Shown: positions 15,395 to 27,051, counted from the first letter of the stretch. The stretch is DNA of 64,000 nt from Octopus vulgaris (GCA_951406725.2 OX597815.1:147126001-147190000), one strand, 5' to 3'. Notes: generated by a model from the letters alone, not told the origin. Numbers and translations: made by a program.

Positions 15395-15649
15395 ATATTC
15401 TAGTAATTTTATATGAACACACATACACACATATACATATATACAGGCATGTAAATACTTTGAAGAGGAAAAAAAATCCTCAACAATTTTTTTCTATACG
15501 TAAAATTGCACAAATCTGTCCTGAGCAAGAACCCTATCTGTCTGGGAAGGCATACTCTGCCATATAATAAACAAAGCTTTATACAAGACATTCTATTATA
15601 ATAATTGCCTGCCAATGACAAGCTATTGATATATACAGATAATCGCATA

Positions 15650-15723
<74 letters not shown>

Positions 15724-16344
15724 GTAAATATAAATGCTAACACGTATAGGAAAATACACACGTAAAAGCAGACATTCACACACTTATAAATATAGAAACA
15801 CACATATGCATTCTCGCAAAAAAAACCTGAGTATGCAAAACACGTGTACTACAGTAAATATATAATGCCTGTTTCTGACTTATATACATCTGTATATGCA
15901 CACGCACATGCATGCACCCAAGCACACATATACACCTACATCTATACACGAACAAATGCACAATCTATAGTATATAAATATTGTAGGCATTGGAATGACA
16001 TTTTTAGCGGTGAAAAGAGGCGAACGATTATGTTCGTGATAGGGGTGATACGCTGGCATGGATACAAACATAAAACCTTATCTTATGCACACCCAGTTTG
16101 CGATGCGTAGATTGTCGGCGTATGATATTTACCATTTCGCGCATGTACATAGATTTTTGCTTAACTTGTCGAGTATTGAGTATAGTAGGGTCAGCTGGGC
16201 ACTGTCTGTGAGAAATACAGCATCATGACGCAATTCAATCTGATAGAAATTTGGAAACGATATGTTGTACTGCAAGGTATTCACAGCGGAAACTCCAATA
16301 CAAACATTTGATAGTTTTTTCGGTGTCAATCTGAGGACAGAACA

Positions 16345-16512
16345 ATCTGAGGATATGTACCGAGAGAGATAAAGATCAAACATCCAGTCAACATCATGGT
16401 ATTTGGAGTGATCACTGGTGACTGCCACGTTATGCTTCTCTTCATCTTCCCTCATGGCCTCGGACTTAACACTGGGCCTACATCAAATACCTGGAGGTGG
16501 TTGTGCTGCCCG
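16345..16512 (+). mobile_element. Tc1/mariner-superfamily transposase fragment (catalytic domain, maT/DD37D-like)
   Basis: KHPVNIMVFGVITGDCHVMLLFIFPHGLGLN..YIKYLEVVVLP with frameshifts. Confidence 0.7.
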
Positions 16513-16529
16513 GGGGGGGGTGATTCCAG

Positions 16530-16790
16530 CTGCGGGAACGTAAACACTCCAACACCAAGTGTTGAACAGTGGAGGGCGGGGATGCACAGGGACAAACATA
16601 CACACACACACACCTACAGGAGCACGCTCACACACACACACACACGATACGTTTTTTTTAGTTTCTGTCAATGAAATCCACTCACGTGTCTTTGGTCGAC
16701 CTGAGGCTATAGAACAAGGCACACGAGCAGAATATCAGGCAATGGAACTGAACCCGGAACGATGTGCTTCACAAAAAGCCAAGCCTGCGC
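16530..16790 (-). mobile_element. Decayed composite tRNA/CORE-like SINE with internal microsatellite
   Basis: Minus GTTCCGGGTTCAGTTCC..CTATAGCCTCAGGTCGACC..GTGAGTGGATTT matches 54708-54865. Confidence 0.6.
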
Positions 16791-16800
16791 ATATCTAATT

Positions 16801-17076
<276 letters not shown>

Positions 17077-17509
17077 AATTATACATACACATCCACATAA
17101 CACACGCGCAAGCACACAAATAGACATATACACACGCACATACGATTACACACACAATCGCGCACGCGCACCCACACACACGGAAACAAATACGCACAAG
17201 CGTAGTAGAAAACTTGGATTCAGAGTAAGCTCCCATTACGACATCGGCTATCAGTTTAAGTAATAATCAATTACCGCTTATGTAATGTAAAATGTCTGTT
17301 TTACTGAAAATGAAACCTAATTTTGCATACTGACATTAATAAATATGAAAATGATGAAACTTACGAAACTGCAATAATCATGCGGAAATCGTCTGGAAGA
17401 AAACAATCGGTTTTCTACCTGACGCACCTCCGGAATTCATCTGTGTGTGTGTATTTATACACACACACAGGCACACACATACATACATACATACAAATAT
17501 ACGTGCATA

Positions 17510-18030
17510 TGTAGAAGAAATAACCAGCAGTATGGTAACAGTCATAGCAACTGATATTAAAAAGGAGTACTGCTGCAATGTCTCTGTGAAAATCTCAACA
17601 AAATGTAAGCACAACAGATCTGATATAACGATTTGAGATAAAGAAGAGAAATTGTGTAGAGTTGTGGAAATCAGCTGTACAACTGATGCTAACATAAAGC
17701 TGAATATCTATGTAAAATAGAATACCTACGCTTAACTATTGAAAAATCTGCAGTTACTCTTCCCAGATTACAAGATCAGGTTTATACCTGTAACTATTGG
17801 GGCACTGGGATATATAACACGCTGCCTAAATACAAATCTTGAGAAATTAGACTTTTTCAAAACCAGAAAAGAGAAAGCTATTTCGAAGATTACAGATCCA
17901 ATCCATCACTGGAACTATAAAACTCTGCAATACTTTCCGTAAGTTTTTCATTTGAATATATATATGAGCATGTCTAGATATGCATGAGAATACATACATA
18001 AAGCAAAACATACAAATCAGCATATACATA
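17510..18030 (+). mobile_element. 3' RLE fragment of a divergent R4/Dong-like LINE with a (CATA)n tail
   Basis: KKEY..NVSVK.STKCKHNR(S)DITI*DKEEKLCRVVEISC..NLQLLFPDYKIRFIPVTIGALG; both flanks CATA-rich. Confidence 0.75.
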
Positions 18031-19259
18031 CATACATATGCATGTACATATATTTCAACTTCACTGGCGGTGCTTCATGCAATACATTTTCTCTTAAACA
18101 TTCTTTTAAAAACTGTATATCACCTAACTTAAGTGTCAAATTGATTATGTACAAAACAGCCTATTATTGTCCTAATTAGCTCTTATCAAAACAGGAACAC
18201 CGAAATCAATTTCTTCAAAACCAACTGAAAATGGAATAGCGTGAGTGTTCTATAAATATGTAGAAAAAAATTGGTTAAGTGTATAAATCAACTGCATAAA
18301 AATAACTCCAGTATAGAACAATTTTTTATAATTTACTCCTATATGTAGGAAAATCTGATATAAATTCTTTAAACTTTGATATGAATTAAGAAGGAGTTCT
18401 TATTCTAAGAGAAGAAAATAATGGAATTGATACATTAGTAACATATGTTATTTATCATCATAAAATATTGAACTAAAATGCAATATTGATTTCTAATATG
18501 GACGCTGTGTTTCAAATTTAAGCGATTGGTAATCAACCACATTATTTAACTGGATATCGCCAGGAGAATGAAAAAGTGAAGTCAATCAAGGTGGAGCCTG
18601 AACGCAGGATGTAAAAGTACATAGATAAACACGCACAACATTTTACCCATCACTCCACCAATAATGAGAATATACCAGCCTTAAGGGAAATATAATATTA
18701 TGGAGGTAAAAGAGATTTGATGTCCAGGAATATTCCAAACAAACACTAAGTGATTCATAGTATAGCTGAAATACATCTGTTGTCGTTTTTTTTTTATATC
18801 TCAGTATCAGGTTATCGAACAGCTGTATCCCAATATCAATTATCTTCATATCAGATTTTATTGATCAGAGGAGTTTTATCCCTGACTATCTTTTATCTCC
18901 TTCATCTTGGAGTTTGTTATCTAATGTGCCATTCAATCTTTTCAGACAGAAATGTATGATTTGGTAGAGATTTCTCTAGTATTTATAGCAAGACGAGAAA
19001 CCAAACACATACTCTCTCTCTCGTTGATGCTGACATAGATCTATTCAGCAAAGGAGGACATCTGCTATTATTGACTCTCTTAGGAAAAACTGTTACAAAC
19101 TTCAGTTAATTAGGCTAAGAAGACTATGAAATCAATATTCACTGCTGCAAACATATCCTCTCAAGATACGGTATTATATCTCAACGCATAGCTTCTAAGT
19201 ATAATAAACTATATATATATATATGTATACATACATACATATCTACATACATACAAACA

Positions 19260-19309
<50 letters not shown>

Positions 19310-20153
19310 TACTTCTATACATATATACACACACATATATATATATATTCATATATATACTTATATATGTATATATACATGGATATACATATATATGTAT
19401 ATATATGAATATACAAATATACATACACACACACACACATATATATATATATATGTCTGTGTGTGTATGTGTGCTTGTACGTGTGTGTACGATCCTGTCT
19501 GTCTGTTTGTAAGTCTCTGTATGAAGAAAGGCCCATATATCAAGAACATAGCTGGTGGCCTACTCCAATTAAATGTACTTTAAATAACCAATAATAAGAA
19601 AAAAAACCCAGCATCTGCTATATAAGACAGGTCATCAGAACTTAACGCTTTGACAAAAATATCTAATATAACTGCAATATAAATATAGCCTAATGCTTAA
19701 ACATATCTTTTGAGTGTCTTTTTCCGAATAAATTCACAATTATTTTAGCAAGTAATCTAACATTAACTCTCTGATAATATCATTTATTTACTCGATGTTG
19801 ATTTACATATATATCAAACCTGTGTGGAAATTAGCAATATGGATTTGAATTATTCTCCTGGGGTATCTCTGTTTCACAACAGAGTATCAACAATGACATA
19901 AGTGTGGCGTGTTTCTATAACTTCGGCCGAATAATATCACACCGTAAACTGAGTAAATGCATAGCTTTATGCGCAATCACAAACTGAAGCATATTCTTTC
20001 ATTCAATTTAGGAGAGACAAACACACTGGCACATTCATAGATAAAGAAACATAAAAAAAACTTAGATAAAAACTTAGATATGTTTCGACCAGAGATTGGT
20101 CCAGGCCATGTCTAACTTAATAGCACCACCTGATAGGATTATTCGAATCCTGT

Positions 20154-23135
20154 TTAAGTCAAGTTTTGTTCAAGTAGTGAGTTCTTGTTGGGTGAGTTGT
20201 ATCCAATTATGGGTGGCTTGTCTGGTATTCTTTGAAGGAATCCATCCAGACTCTGTTTGAAGTTGATGGGATCCTTTTCCTCTTTGATCTCCCTCGGGAC
20301 AATGTTAAATAGGGCAGGGCCTGTTGAGGAAAAGAAATTATGTTGCAGTGTACATGTATGTTGTGATCTTGAATTTGGCAGGGGACGTATAGCCCGTGGT
20401 CCAAGTCTCGGATGAACCTTGAAGCTAATGTTTAGGTCGTTTGGGCAAAGTTGGCGGTATATTTTCCACATCGTACAAATGATGTACCGCTCACGGCGAC
20501 GCTGGAGGGAGTAAAGTTTCAAGGCTTTAAGGCGATCCCAATAGTCGAGAGCAGCCATGCCTTCAATTTGTTTAGTGAGAGCCCTCTGGGGTGACTCAAT
20601 TCTGGAGATGTTTTGTCTTGTGTGAGGAGACCACAGTGGGCAGCAGTATTCAAGGTGTGGCCGTACAAAGGATGAAAAAAGTGGTATGATGACACCTTGT
20701 TCTCTGGACCGGAAAGTTCTTAAGATCCAGGAACTCATCCTACGAGCTGTATCGACCTTCTTGTTGATGTGTGCACTCCAACTGAGATCGTCATCAACAA
20801 TTACACCCAGGTCTCTGATATTGTTAGAGGCTGTGAGCGGTTCCCCTGAAGGAAGAGAGTATGGTTGTTTTAGTGAGGAATTTCTTCCAAAATGCATCAG
20901 CTCAAATTTTCCCTCATTCAGTTGCATTTTGTTTCTGTCTGCCCATTGACTCACAGCATATAGGTCAGACTGGAGTTGAGTTCGGTCTGCTTCTTCATTG
21001 ACGATTTGCTGGAGCTTAGTGTCATCAGCGAATATTTTCACTTTGCAGTGATGTACGACACTGGAAAGGTCGTTTACATAAATTATGAAGAGTAGCGGAC
21101 CCAAAACAGTTCCCTGGGGAACACCGCTGGTGACTTTTGCTGGGTTTGAGTGGACTCCATCAACTACAACATGTTGTGTTCTATTCGCTAGGAAATACTG
21201 AATCCAGTGTAGAACTTTTCCACGGATTCCAACATTTGCCAATTTTGAGAGTAGGATGTTATGGTCTACCCTGTCGAACGCTTTACTGAAGTCAAGGTAT
21301 ATGACGTCAGAGTTCGAACCTGTTCCCAAGGCTTTGAGTACATCTTCAATGTGGTGTAAGAGCTGTGTTAGACAGTCCCTGCCACAGCGAAAGCCATGTT
21401 GATTTGAATTTAGGAGTTTGTGGGTCTCCAGGAAGTCAGCTATCCTTGATCTTAACACTCTTTCAAACACTTTAATGATGTGGGAGGTGAGTGAGATTGG
21501 GCGATAGTTGACTGCGAGGGATCTGTTTCCCTGTTTGAAAACCGGGATGACCGACTGGGATAGAAACTTATTCGGTATATAACCTGCGTCTAATGAGTTT
21601 CTCCAGAGGTTGGTCAGAGGGACTGCAAGTTGATATCTACATTCCTTCAGGAGACTGGCGGGAAATCTATCAGGGCCTACAGCGGAGTAATGTTTGACCT
21701 CATTTATTGCTGCTATGATGTCGGTGGCAGTGAAGGTTATGTCTGCGATTTTGTGTTGGGAGTCAGCTTCGTTCGTTTCCCTCACATCAATATCAGTGGG
21801 AACACTGAAGACAGAGCAATATTGTTTCTGCAGTATTTCTGCCATTTCTTTAGCATCGTGTTGGGGAATGCCGTTTTCATCAATCAATGGCCCAATAGGT
21901 GAGACAGTGGTTCTATGCTTATTTGCATAAGAATAGAACACTTTTGGGTTCTGTTTGATGTTTTTGATTACCCATTGTTCCTCCACAGCTCTTTGATTTT
22001 CAATGGAGGTTTTCATGTTAGTCTGCAGATGAAGTTTTTCCAGCTCTAGTCTTTTCATTGTTGTTGAATGTGGATGTTGCGTGTGGGAATATTTTAATTG
22101 GTTGATTTTTTTGTTGAGTCTTTTGATGCGCCTGATGAGTGTTTTTTTCTTTTTAGGGAGCCGGTTTCTGTTTGTGTTAGTAGATTTCTTGGGAGCGTGT
22201 TTAGAGCATGTGTCGGTGACAATGGTTTCAAAGTGCTGCCACGCGGTCTCAATATGAGGGGAATTGAGAGTAAAAGACCAGTCGATGGAAGACAGATCCT
22301 TTCTGATTGTTCCCCAGTCCGCTTTGTGGAAATTTATGTTGTCAAATGGGTGCCATGGAGTGGGATTGGCTGGTTTGGTTTTTATACGTCGGGAATTAAG
22401 ATTGCAGAGTACCATGTCGTGGTCTGAGAGGAGAGTTTTTTCGACTGAAATGCTGTGAACGTAGCTAGAGTGATTGGTCAGTACCAGATCCAAGATCGTT
22501 TTATTCTGTCTCGTTGGTTCAAGCACTAGCTGAGTCAGGAAATACTCATCCATCAGATTAAAGAGCAGTTCTGCTGCTGCCCTATCTGATGTAGAGCACT
22601 TGCCTAACTTCGGAGTATTTGTGGGCCAGTTCACATGAGGGAGGTTAAAATCACCCATCACTATTATGTTTCCGGAGTGGTACTTCCGAAGGAAGGACTT
22701 GACTTTGCTAAGGCACTCTTCAAAGTACTTTAGAGGTGCCTGGGGAGGCCTGTAAAGACCAACAATGGTTATGTCCTTGGCTTTGTTGTATACTGATACC
22801 GATTCACAGTAGCCATTGGAAAATGTGTCCTTGGCATCAAGTGAAAAGGAGTCGTGGATAAAGATGGCTGTCCCTCCCTTATTTCGGTCTGTGCGATCCG
22901 CACGAACAATGGTGAAATCTTTTATTTTCACCTCTGCGTCCATATGGGTGTTGTTCAGGTGAGTCTCGGTAAGGATAAAGAAAGGGAAGCAATGTGCCAT
23001 TTCGGCAAGCCAACTCTCTATATATGGGATCTTCCATTTTTGGGCAATAATTGATGGGTTGATGCCACGTACATTTAACAGGAATGTCGAGGTAAGGGAA
23101 GTTGGTAATGGGTGAGTGGTCCTTGTGATTTGCAT
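20154..23135 (-). CDS. LINE ORF2: apurinic-type endonuclease + reverse transcriptase (993 aa)
   Basis: APE: NVRG, LTETH, GLYRPP, GDFN, LDLV, SDH; RT: NYRPISLTS, QHGFR, YLDFSKAFD, SGVPQGTVLGP, FADD, DLGV; C-terminal LYSLQRRRER; no internal stops. Confidence 0.96.
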   Translation of the reverse strand: MQITRTTHPLPTSLTSTFLLNVRGINPSIIAQKWKIPYIESWLAEMAHCFPFFILTETHLNNTHMDAEVKIKDFTIVRADRTDRNKGGTAIFIHDSFSLDAKDTFSNGYCESVSVYNKAKDITIVGLYRPPQAPLKYFEECLSKVKSFLRKYHSGNIIVMGDFNLPHVNWPTNTPKLGKCSTSDRAAAELLFNLMDEYFLTQLVLEPTRQNKTILDLVLTNHSSYVHSISVEKTLLSDHDMVLCNLNSRRIKTKPANPTPWHPFDNINFHKADWGTIRKDLSSIDWSFTLNSPHIETAWQHFETIVTDTCSKHAPKKSTNTNRNRLPKKKKTLIRRIKRLNKKINQLKYSHTQHPHSTTMKRLELEKLHLQTNMKTSIENQRAVEEQWVIKNIKQNPKVFYSYANKHRTTVSPIGPLIDENGIPQHDAKEMAEILQKQYCSVFSVPTDIDVRETNEADSQHKIADITFTATDIIAAINEVKHYSAVGPDRFPASLLKECRYQLAVPLTNLWRNSLDAGYIPNKFLSQSVIPVFKQGNRSLAVNYRPISLTSHIIKVFERVLRSRIADFLETHKLLNSNQHGFRCGRDCLTQLLHHIEDVLKALGTGSNSDVIYLDFSKAFDRVDHNILLSKLANVGIRGKVLHWIQYFLANRTQHVVVDGVHSNPAKVTSGVPQGTVLGPLLFIIYVNDLSSVVHHCKVKIFADDTKLQQIVNEEADRTQLQSDLYAVSQWADRNKMQLNEGKFELMHFGRNSSLKQPYSLPSGEPLTASNNIRDLGVIVDDDLSWSAHINKKVDTARRMSSWILRTFRSREQGVIIPLFSSFVRPHLEYCCPLWSPHTRQNISRIESPQRALTKQIEGMAALDYWDRLKALKLYSLQRRRERYIICTMWKIYRQLCPNDLNISFKVHPRLGPRAIRPLPNSRSQHTCTLQHNFFSSTGPALFNIVPREIKEEKDPINFKQSLDGFLQRIPDKPPIIGYNSPNKNSLLEQNLT

Positions 23136-24346
23136 AGATGGTTGGTGATGGCTCGCTGGATCTCCTGGCTTAGGTCGGCCTTCATATTTTCCAGGTATGT
23201 CAGTAAAAAAGAGTTACTTGTTTGGTTTGCCACTTGGTCAGAGGATACATATTTCAAGTTGGCGTTATTTGGTGTTTTTTCCTGGTTCTGTCTACGTAGT
23301 TTGATTGTAGGAGGGGAAACGTGGTTGTATTTTGTTCTTGTTGTTGTCCTAGATTTCCTCTGTTCCTGTTCATATCTATTCTGTGATCGTTTTGTGCCCT
23401 TCAGATGGTGGTTGTTGCATTCTGGGTTCAGGCACATCCTTTGTGAGACAGAAGTTTGGCACAGTTTAGGATGGAATAAGGTGCATCTATTGCCTCTTAT
23501 GCATCCGTATTTAGGGTCAGAACCATAGATTCTGTATTTAGGACAGTATTTGGGGTGGAGGTGGGGGCAATTTTTTCCTGTTATACCGTATGGACATGTG
23601 CCCATAGCAAGTCTACGACATAAGGTCGGGTGGGGAAAAGCACAGCGTCCATTTTTGTTTGTGCCGCTGGGGCCAAATCTACAAGTGCCTTTAGAATAGT
23701 AACGGCAGGGGGTTTTATTTGGTTGTAGTAGTGGTTTTTCTATTTTGGCAGTAGTAGTAGTGGTGGTGGTGGTGGTGGTGTTAGAAGCAGCTTGTTGATT
23801 TTGTGATGGTGGGTTCTGGCTTGCCAGTATGTGGTCAAATCTGCAGCTGCCTTGAGAGTAGTAGTGGCAGATGGTTTTACGCGGATGTAGTAGTGGTTTT
23901 CCTATTGTGGCAGTAGTGGGGTGTTGTAGCAGCATTGGAACTTGACTAGTGGTAGTATTAGAGTGTTGTTGTTGTTGTTTTTGTTGCTGTAGCGAAGGTG
24001 AGACTTGACTTGGTTCATCAGGTGCTGTTGTCAATGGAAGTAGGTCAGTTGATTGTTGCTGTTGAAGTGACCACTGACCTGTTGGGATTTGGTCATTTGT
24101 TGTACTGGATTCGTTGGCAAGAATGGCTTTTAGTGTAGCCATGTGCGCGTGAAAAATAGGGAATATCCTAACAATTTCTTTTAATTTATTTTCTATCTGT
24201 TTTACAGATCTGTGAAAGGATTTTTTCGTTAAATCCTCAGTTATTTTGCTATAAACATTAGCTTCGTTTTGATGGATGAACCAAGCGTTAATCATTGCAG
24301 TAATTTCATTTTCAACCCAGCGGCGTTTTTGAAAATTATTGGCCAT
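23075..24346 (-). CDS. LINE ORF1 (423 aa from first ATG): trihelix/Myb-like N-terminus, Q/T-rich linker, tandem CCCH-type zinc fingers
   Basis: RRWVENEITAMINAW..VYSKITEDL..SFHRSVKQIENKLK; CRYYSKGTC..C.FPH, CRRLAMGTC..CPHLH, CPKY..C..CTLFH, CQTS..C..CNNHH. Confidence 0.85.
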   Translation of the reverse strand: MANNFQKRRWVENEITAMINAWFIHQNEANVYSKITEDLTKKSFHRSVKQIENKLKEIVRIFPIFHAHMATLKAILANESSTTNDQIPTGQWSLQQQQSTDLLPLTTAPDEPSQVSPSLQQQKQQQQHSNTTTSQVPMLLQHPTTATIGKPLLHPRKTICHYYSQGSCRFDHILASQNPPSQNQQAASNTTTTTTTTTTAKIEKPLLQPNKTPCRYYSKGTCRFGPSGTNKNGRCAFPHPTLCRRLAMGTCPYGITGKNCPHLHPKYCPKYRIYGSDPKYGCIRGNRCTLFHPKLCQTSVSQRMCLNPECNNHHLKGTKRSQNRYEQEQRKSRTTTRTKYNHVSPPTIKLRRQNQEKTPNNANLKYVSSDQVANQTSNSFLLTYLENMKADLSQEIQRAITNHLCKSQGPLTHYQLPLPRHSC

Positions 24347-25059
24347 ATTCAGTGGGGTAGTGTTGTCTAATATATATATGTATGTATGTGTATGCGTGTG
24401 TATGTATGTGTACACCAGTTATTGATGGCTTGATGTAAAATAGTGAACACACTGTTGAAAAGTTTGTGTCGATATACTCGGTAAATAGTGAATACACCGT
24501 TGGAAAGTTTGTGTCGATATACTCGGAAATTCGTGGCTTGTGTGTGTGAGAGTTCAGTGTAATTAGTACAATCTAATTTAATTAGTACAATCGGGATGAG
24601 CGGTGTGTTTGATACAGACCAAGAAAAAAGAATTGTACTCACGGGACTAGTTTTAGAACTAGTCTTGGGTTTAGTATTTAGTTTTGGGTTCCTCTTTCTT
24701 CAGGTTGTATATAGATTTGTATAAATTTATCCTCCGATGGTAGTAAAAGAGTAGTATAGTAGGATTGTAGAGTTCAAAAGTCTTGAGATTAAAGACAAGG
24801 AGAGATTATGTTAGCTTGAGTTGAGTTGAGTTGAGTTAAATTGAGTTGAAAAATGCTTCTTTGGTTAGTTACTGACTGGAGCTATAGAAAGTACGTCTTG
24901 TCACGACGACTGCCTGACTGGCTATATCAGCATATATCAGCCTGACTGGCATACATTCCTTTTATACTTAAATACTTTTAATGGTTTCAGTCTCATGACT
25001 GTAGCCATGCTGGAGTACCCCCTCAATTTATTTCCTTTCAGTTTTGTTGTGTTATAGGT

Positions 25060-25260
25060 GGAAGTTAGACTATCATTGAGTTTGTAGCAACTGATCTTCT
25101 CCGGGCGTATCTTTCAAAGGTTGGCTTGTTCGGTAACGTTATTAGGAGTTTATTCAAGGAATATTTGAATGTTTCAGTTGAGGTCCCTTCTATATTTCTT
25201 TATCATGTTCGCAGGGGAAAAATTAACAATGACTTCAAATTTTTGATTTTGTCGAGGTCC
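25060..25260 (-). mobile_element. Decayed 3' end of another CR1/L2-group LINE
   Basis: Minus TETFKYSLNKLLITLPNKPT..NSMI resembles the ORF2 C-terminus NFKQSLDGFLQRIPDKP..NSLL. Confidence 0.45.
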
Positions 25261-25733
25261 TCAAAAAATGACTGATAAAGATTTTGAAGTCACTGTCGAC
25301 GTTGGTTTTTGTGTATAAAATTAATATATATATATGTAAATTCTATTTGAATTCCTTGAGTTATCTCACAGTAAATATTTAATTTGGTTTTATACAACTA
25401 AGTACATAACCAGCAAGTTACATATGTCTGTGCTTATACGTGTATGTTTGAGTTGGGGGTACGTGTGTACGCTCACTCGAAAGAGAGCAGGTCCTGCAAA
25501 TAACATTTGTAGGTATTTTACAAATGTCTTCACTTTTGTGCGCTGAAGCCGAAAATAACTCTGCAGTTAATAAATTTCAGCTGCTAATTTACCGGTTCGT
25601 GTTATTTAAATATTAAATAATGAGAGTAGAAATTGATATTAATCAATTAAAACAATCACACATCATAACGATTGTCTCTTTCGGTTGAGTGTTCTGTGTC
25701 TAGTTCTGGAAATTGTGTTTTGTAAGCGACAGA

Positions 25734-25798
25734 CTACACTGATGAGCTTGTAGATATTTACATACGTAAATACTAACAAGTGAAATCAGGGTATGTAG
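25734..25798 (+). ncRNA. Type I hammerhead ribozyme, canonical core
   Basis: CTACA-CTGATGA-GCTTGT(..TATTTAC ATAC GTAAATA..)ACAAGT-GAA-ATCAGGGT-A-TGTAG; GUA site. Confidence 0.8.
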
Positions 25799-25974
25799 GT
25801 AATCGGCTTTATATTTCTTATATTTTCATTTGTCTTGTTCATTTTTACATTTTGGCATTTTGCTGAAATTTTTCTTCGTGGTAATGGCGATTTGACGTCT
25901 GTATTTAGCGTATTAGGAGTCCACTTTGGTGGTCATTCCTGTTAATCTTGTATATATAAATATGTGTGTATGTT

Positions 25975-26082
25975 ATAGGCACAGCCGTGGCACCTTTGGC
26001 AAGTGACGTCTACTATAGTCTTGGGTGGACTATAGCCTTATGAGTGGATTTGGTAGAGAGAAAATGAAAGAAGCCCGTCGTG
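25975..26082 (+). mobile_element. Internally deleted composite SINE head followed by (TA)n
   Basis: GTGGCACCTTTGGCAAGTG..CTACTATAG..GAGTGGATTTGGTAGA..GAAAGAAGCCCGTCG. Confidence 0.7.
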
Positions 26083-26093
26083 TATATATGTAT

Positions 26094-26184
<91 letters not shown>

Positions 26185-26411
26185 GAATAGAGACTAGAAA
26201 AGTGAAGGAAGATGCTGTCTAGCAACGCTTATGCTAAAATAAGAGTTAAAATTAACTCCCTTTATCAATCATTATGTATAGTGCTTTAGAGGACTTAGAG
26301 TTATTTTAACATTTATTTTAGCATAAGCCACCCTTTTAATTTGTTACATATACATATTCTCACAGACACACACACACATATATATATACATATACACATA
26401 CACTCTCAAAA

Positions 26412-26652
26412 ACACACACACATATATATATGTATGTATGTATCTATGTATATGCCTCTTTGTGTATTTATGTCTGTGTTTGTCCCTCCACCACTGCTTG
26501 ATAACCTGTTCAAACGTTTACGTCTCCGTAATATAGCGAACCGACGATGAAACCGATAGAATAAGTATCAGGTTTTGAGAAAAATAATAAGTACTGGAGT
26601 TGATTCATTCAACTAGGAATCCAAGGCGATGCCCCAGCATGACCCCACTCTG

Positions 26653-26691
<39 letters not shown>

Positions 26692-26984
26692 CAACAAGCT
26701 TCTGAACATTTCTCACATTAATAAATTTAGTTTAAAAGGTGTTACACACACACATATATATATGTATGTATGTATCTATGTATATGCCTCTTTGTGTATT
26801 TATGTCTGTGTTTGTCCCTCCACCACTGCTTGATAACCTGTTCAAACGTTTACGTCTCCGTAATATAGCGAACCGACGATGAAACCGATAGAATAAGTAT
26901 CAGGTTTTGAGAAAAATAATAAGTACTGGAGTTGATTCATTCAACTAGGAATCCAAGGCGATGCCCCAGCATGACCCCACTCTG

Positions 26985-27051
<67 letters not shown>

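Larger units (their letters stand above)
20056..24950 (-). mobile_element. Apparently full-length CR1/L2-group (Jockey superfamily) LINE with two intact ORFs
   Basis: About 0.55-kb 5' UTR, ORF1, overlapping ORF2 (APE+RT), about 75-nt 3' UTR, tail of 2x ATCTAAGTTTTT; 5' boundary approximate. Confidence 0.92.

Noticed and set aside
20207-23528. Short antisense and alternate-frame ORFs within the LINE (also within the RTE and Dong copies)
   Set aside because: Shadow ORFs of a real coding strand, with no motifs
20025-24958. Possible target-site duplication ACTGGC(AT)ACATTC at 20025 and 24945
   Set aside because: Imperfect and about 20 bp away from the 3' tail; cannot be distinguished from chance
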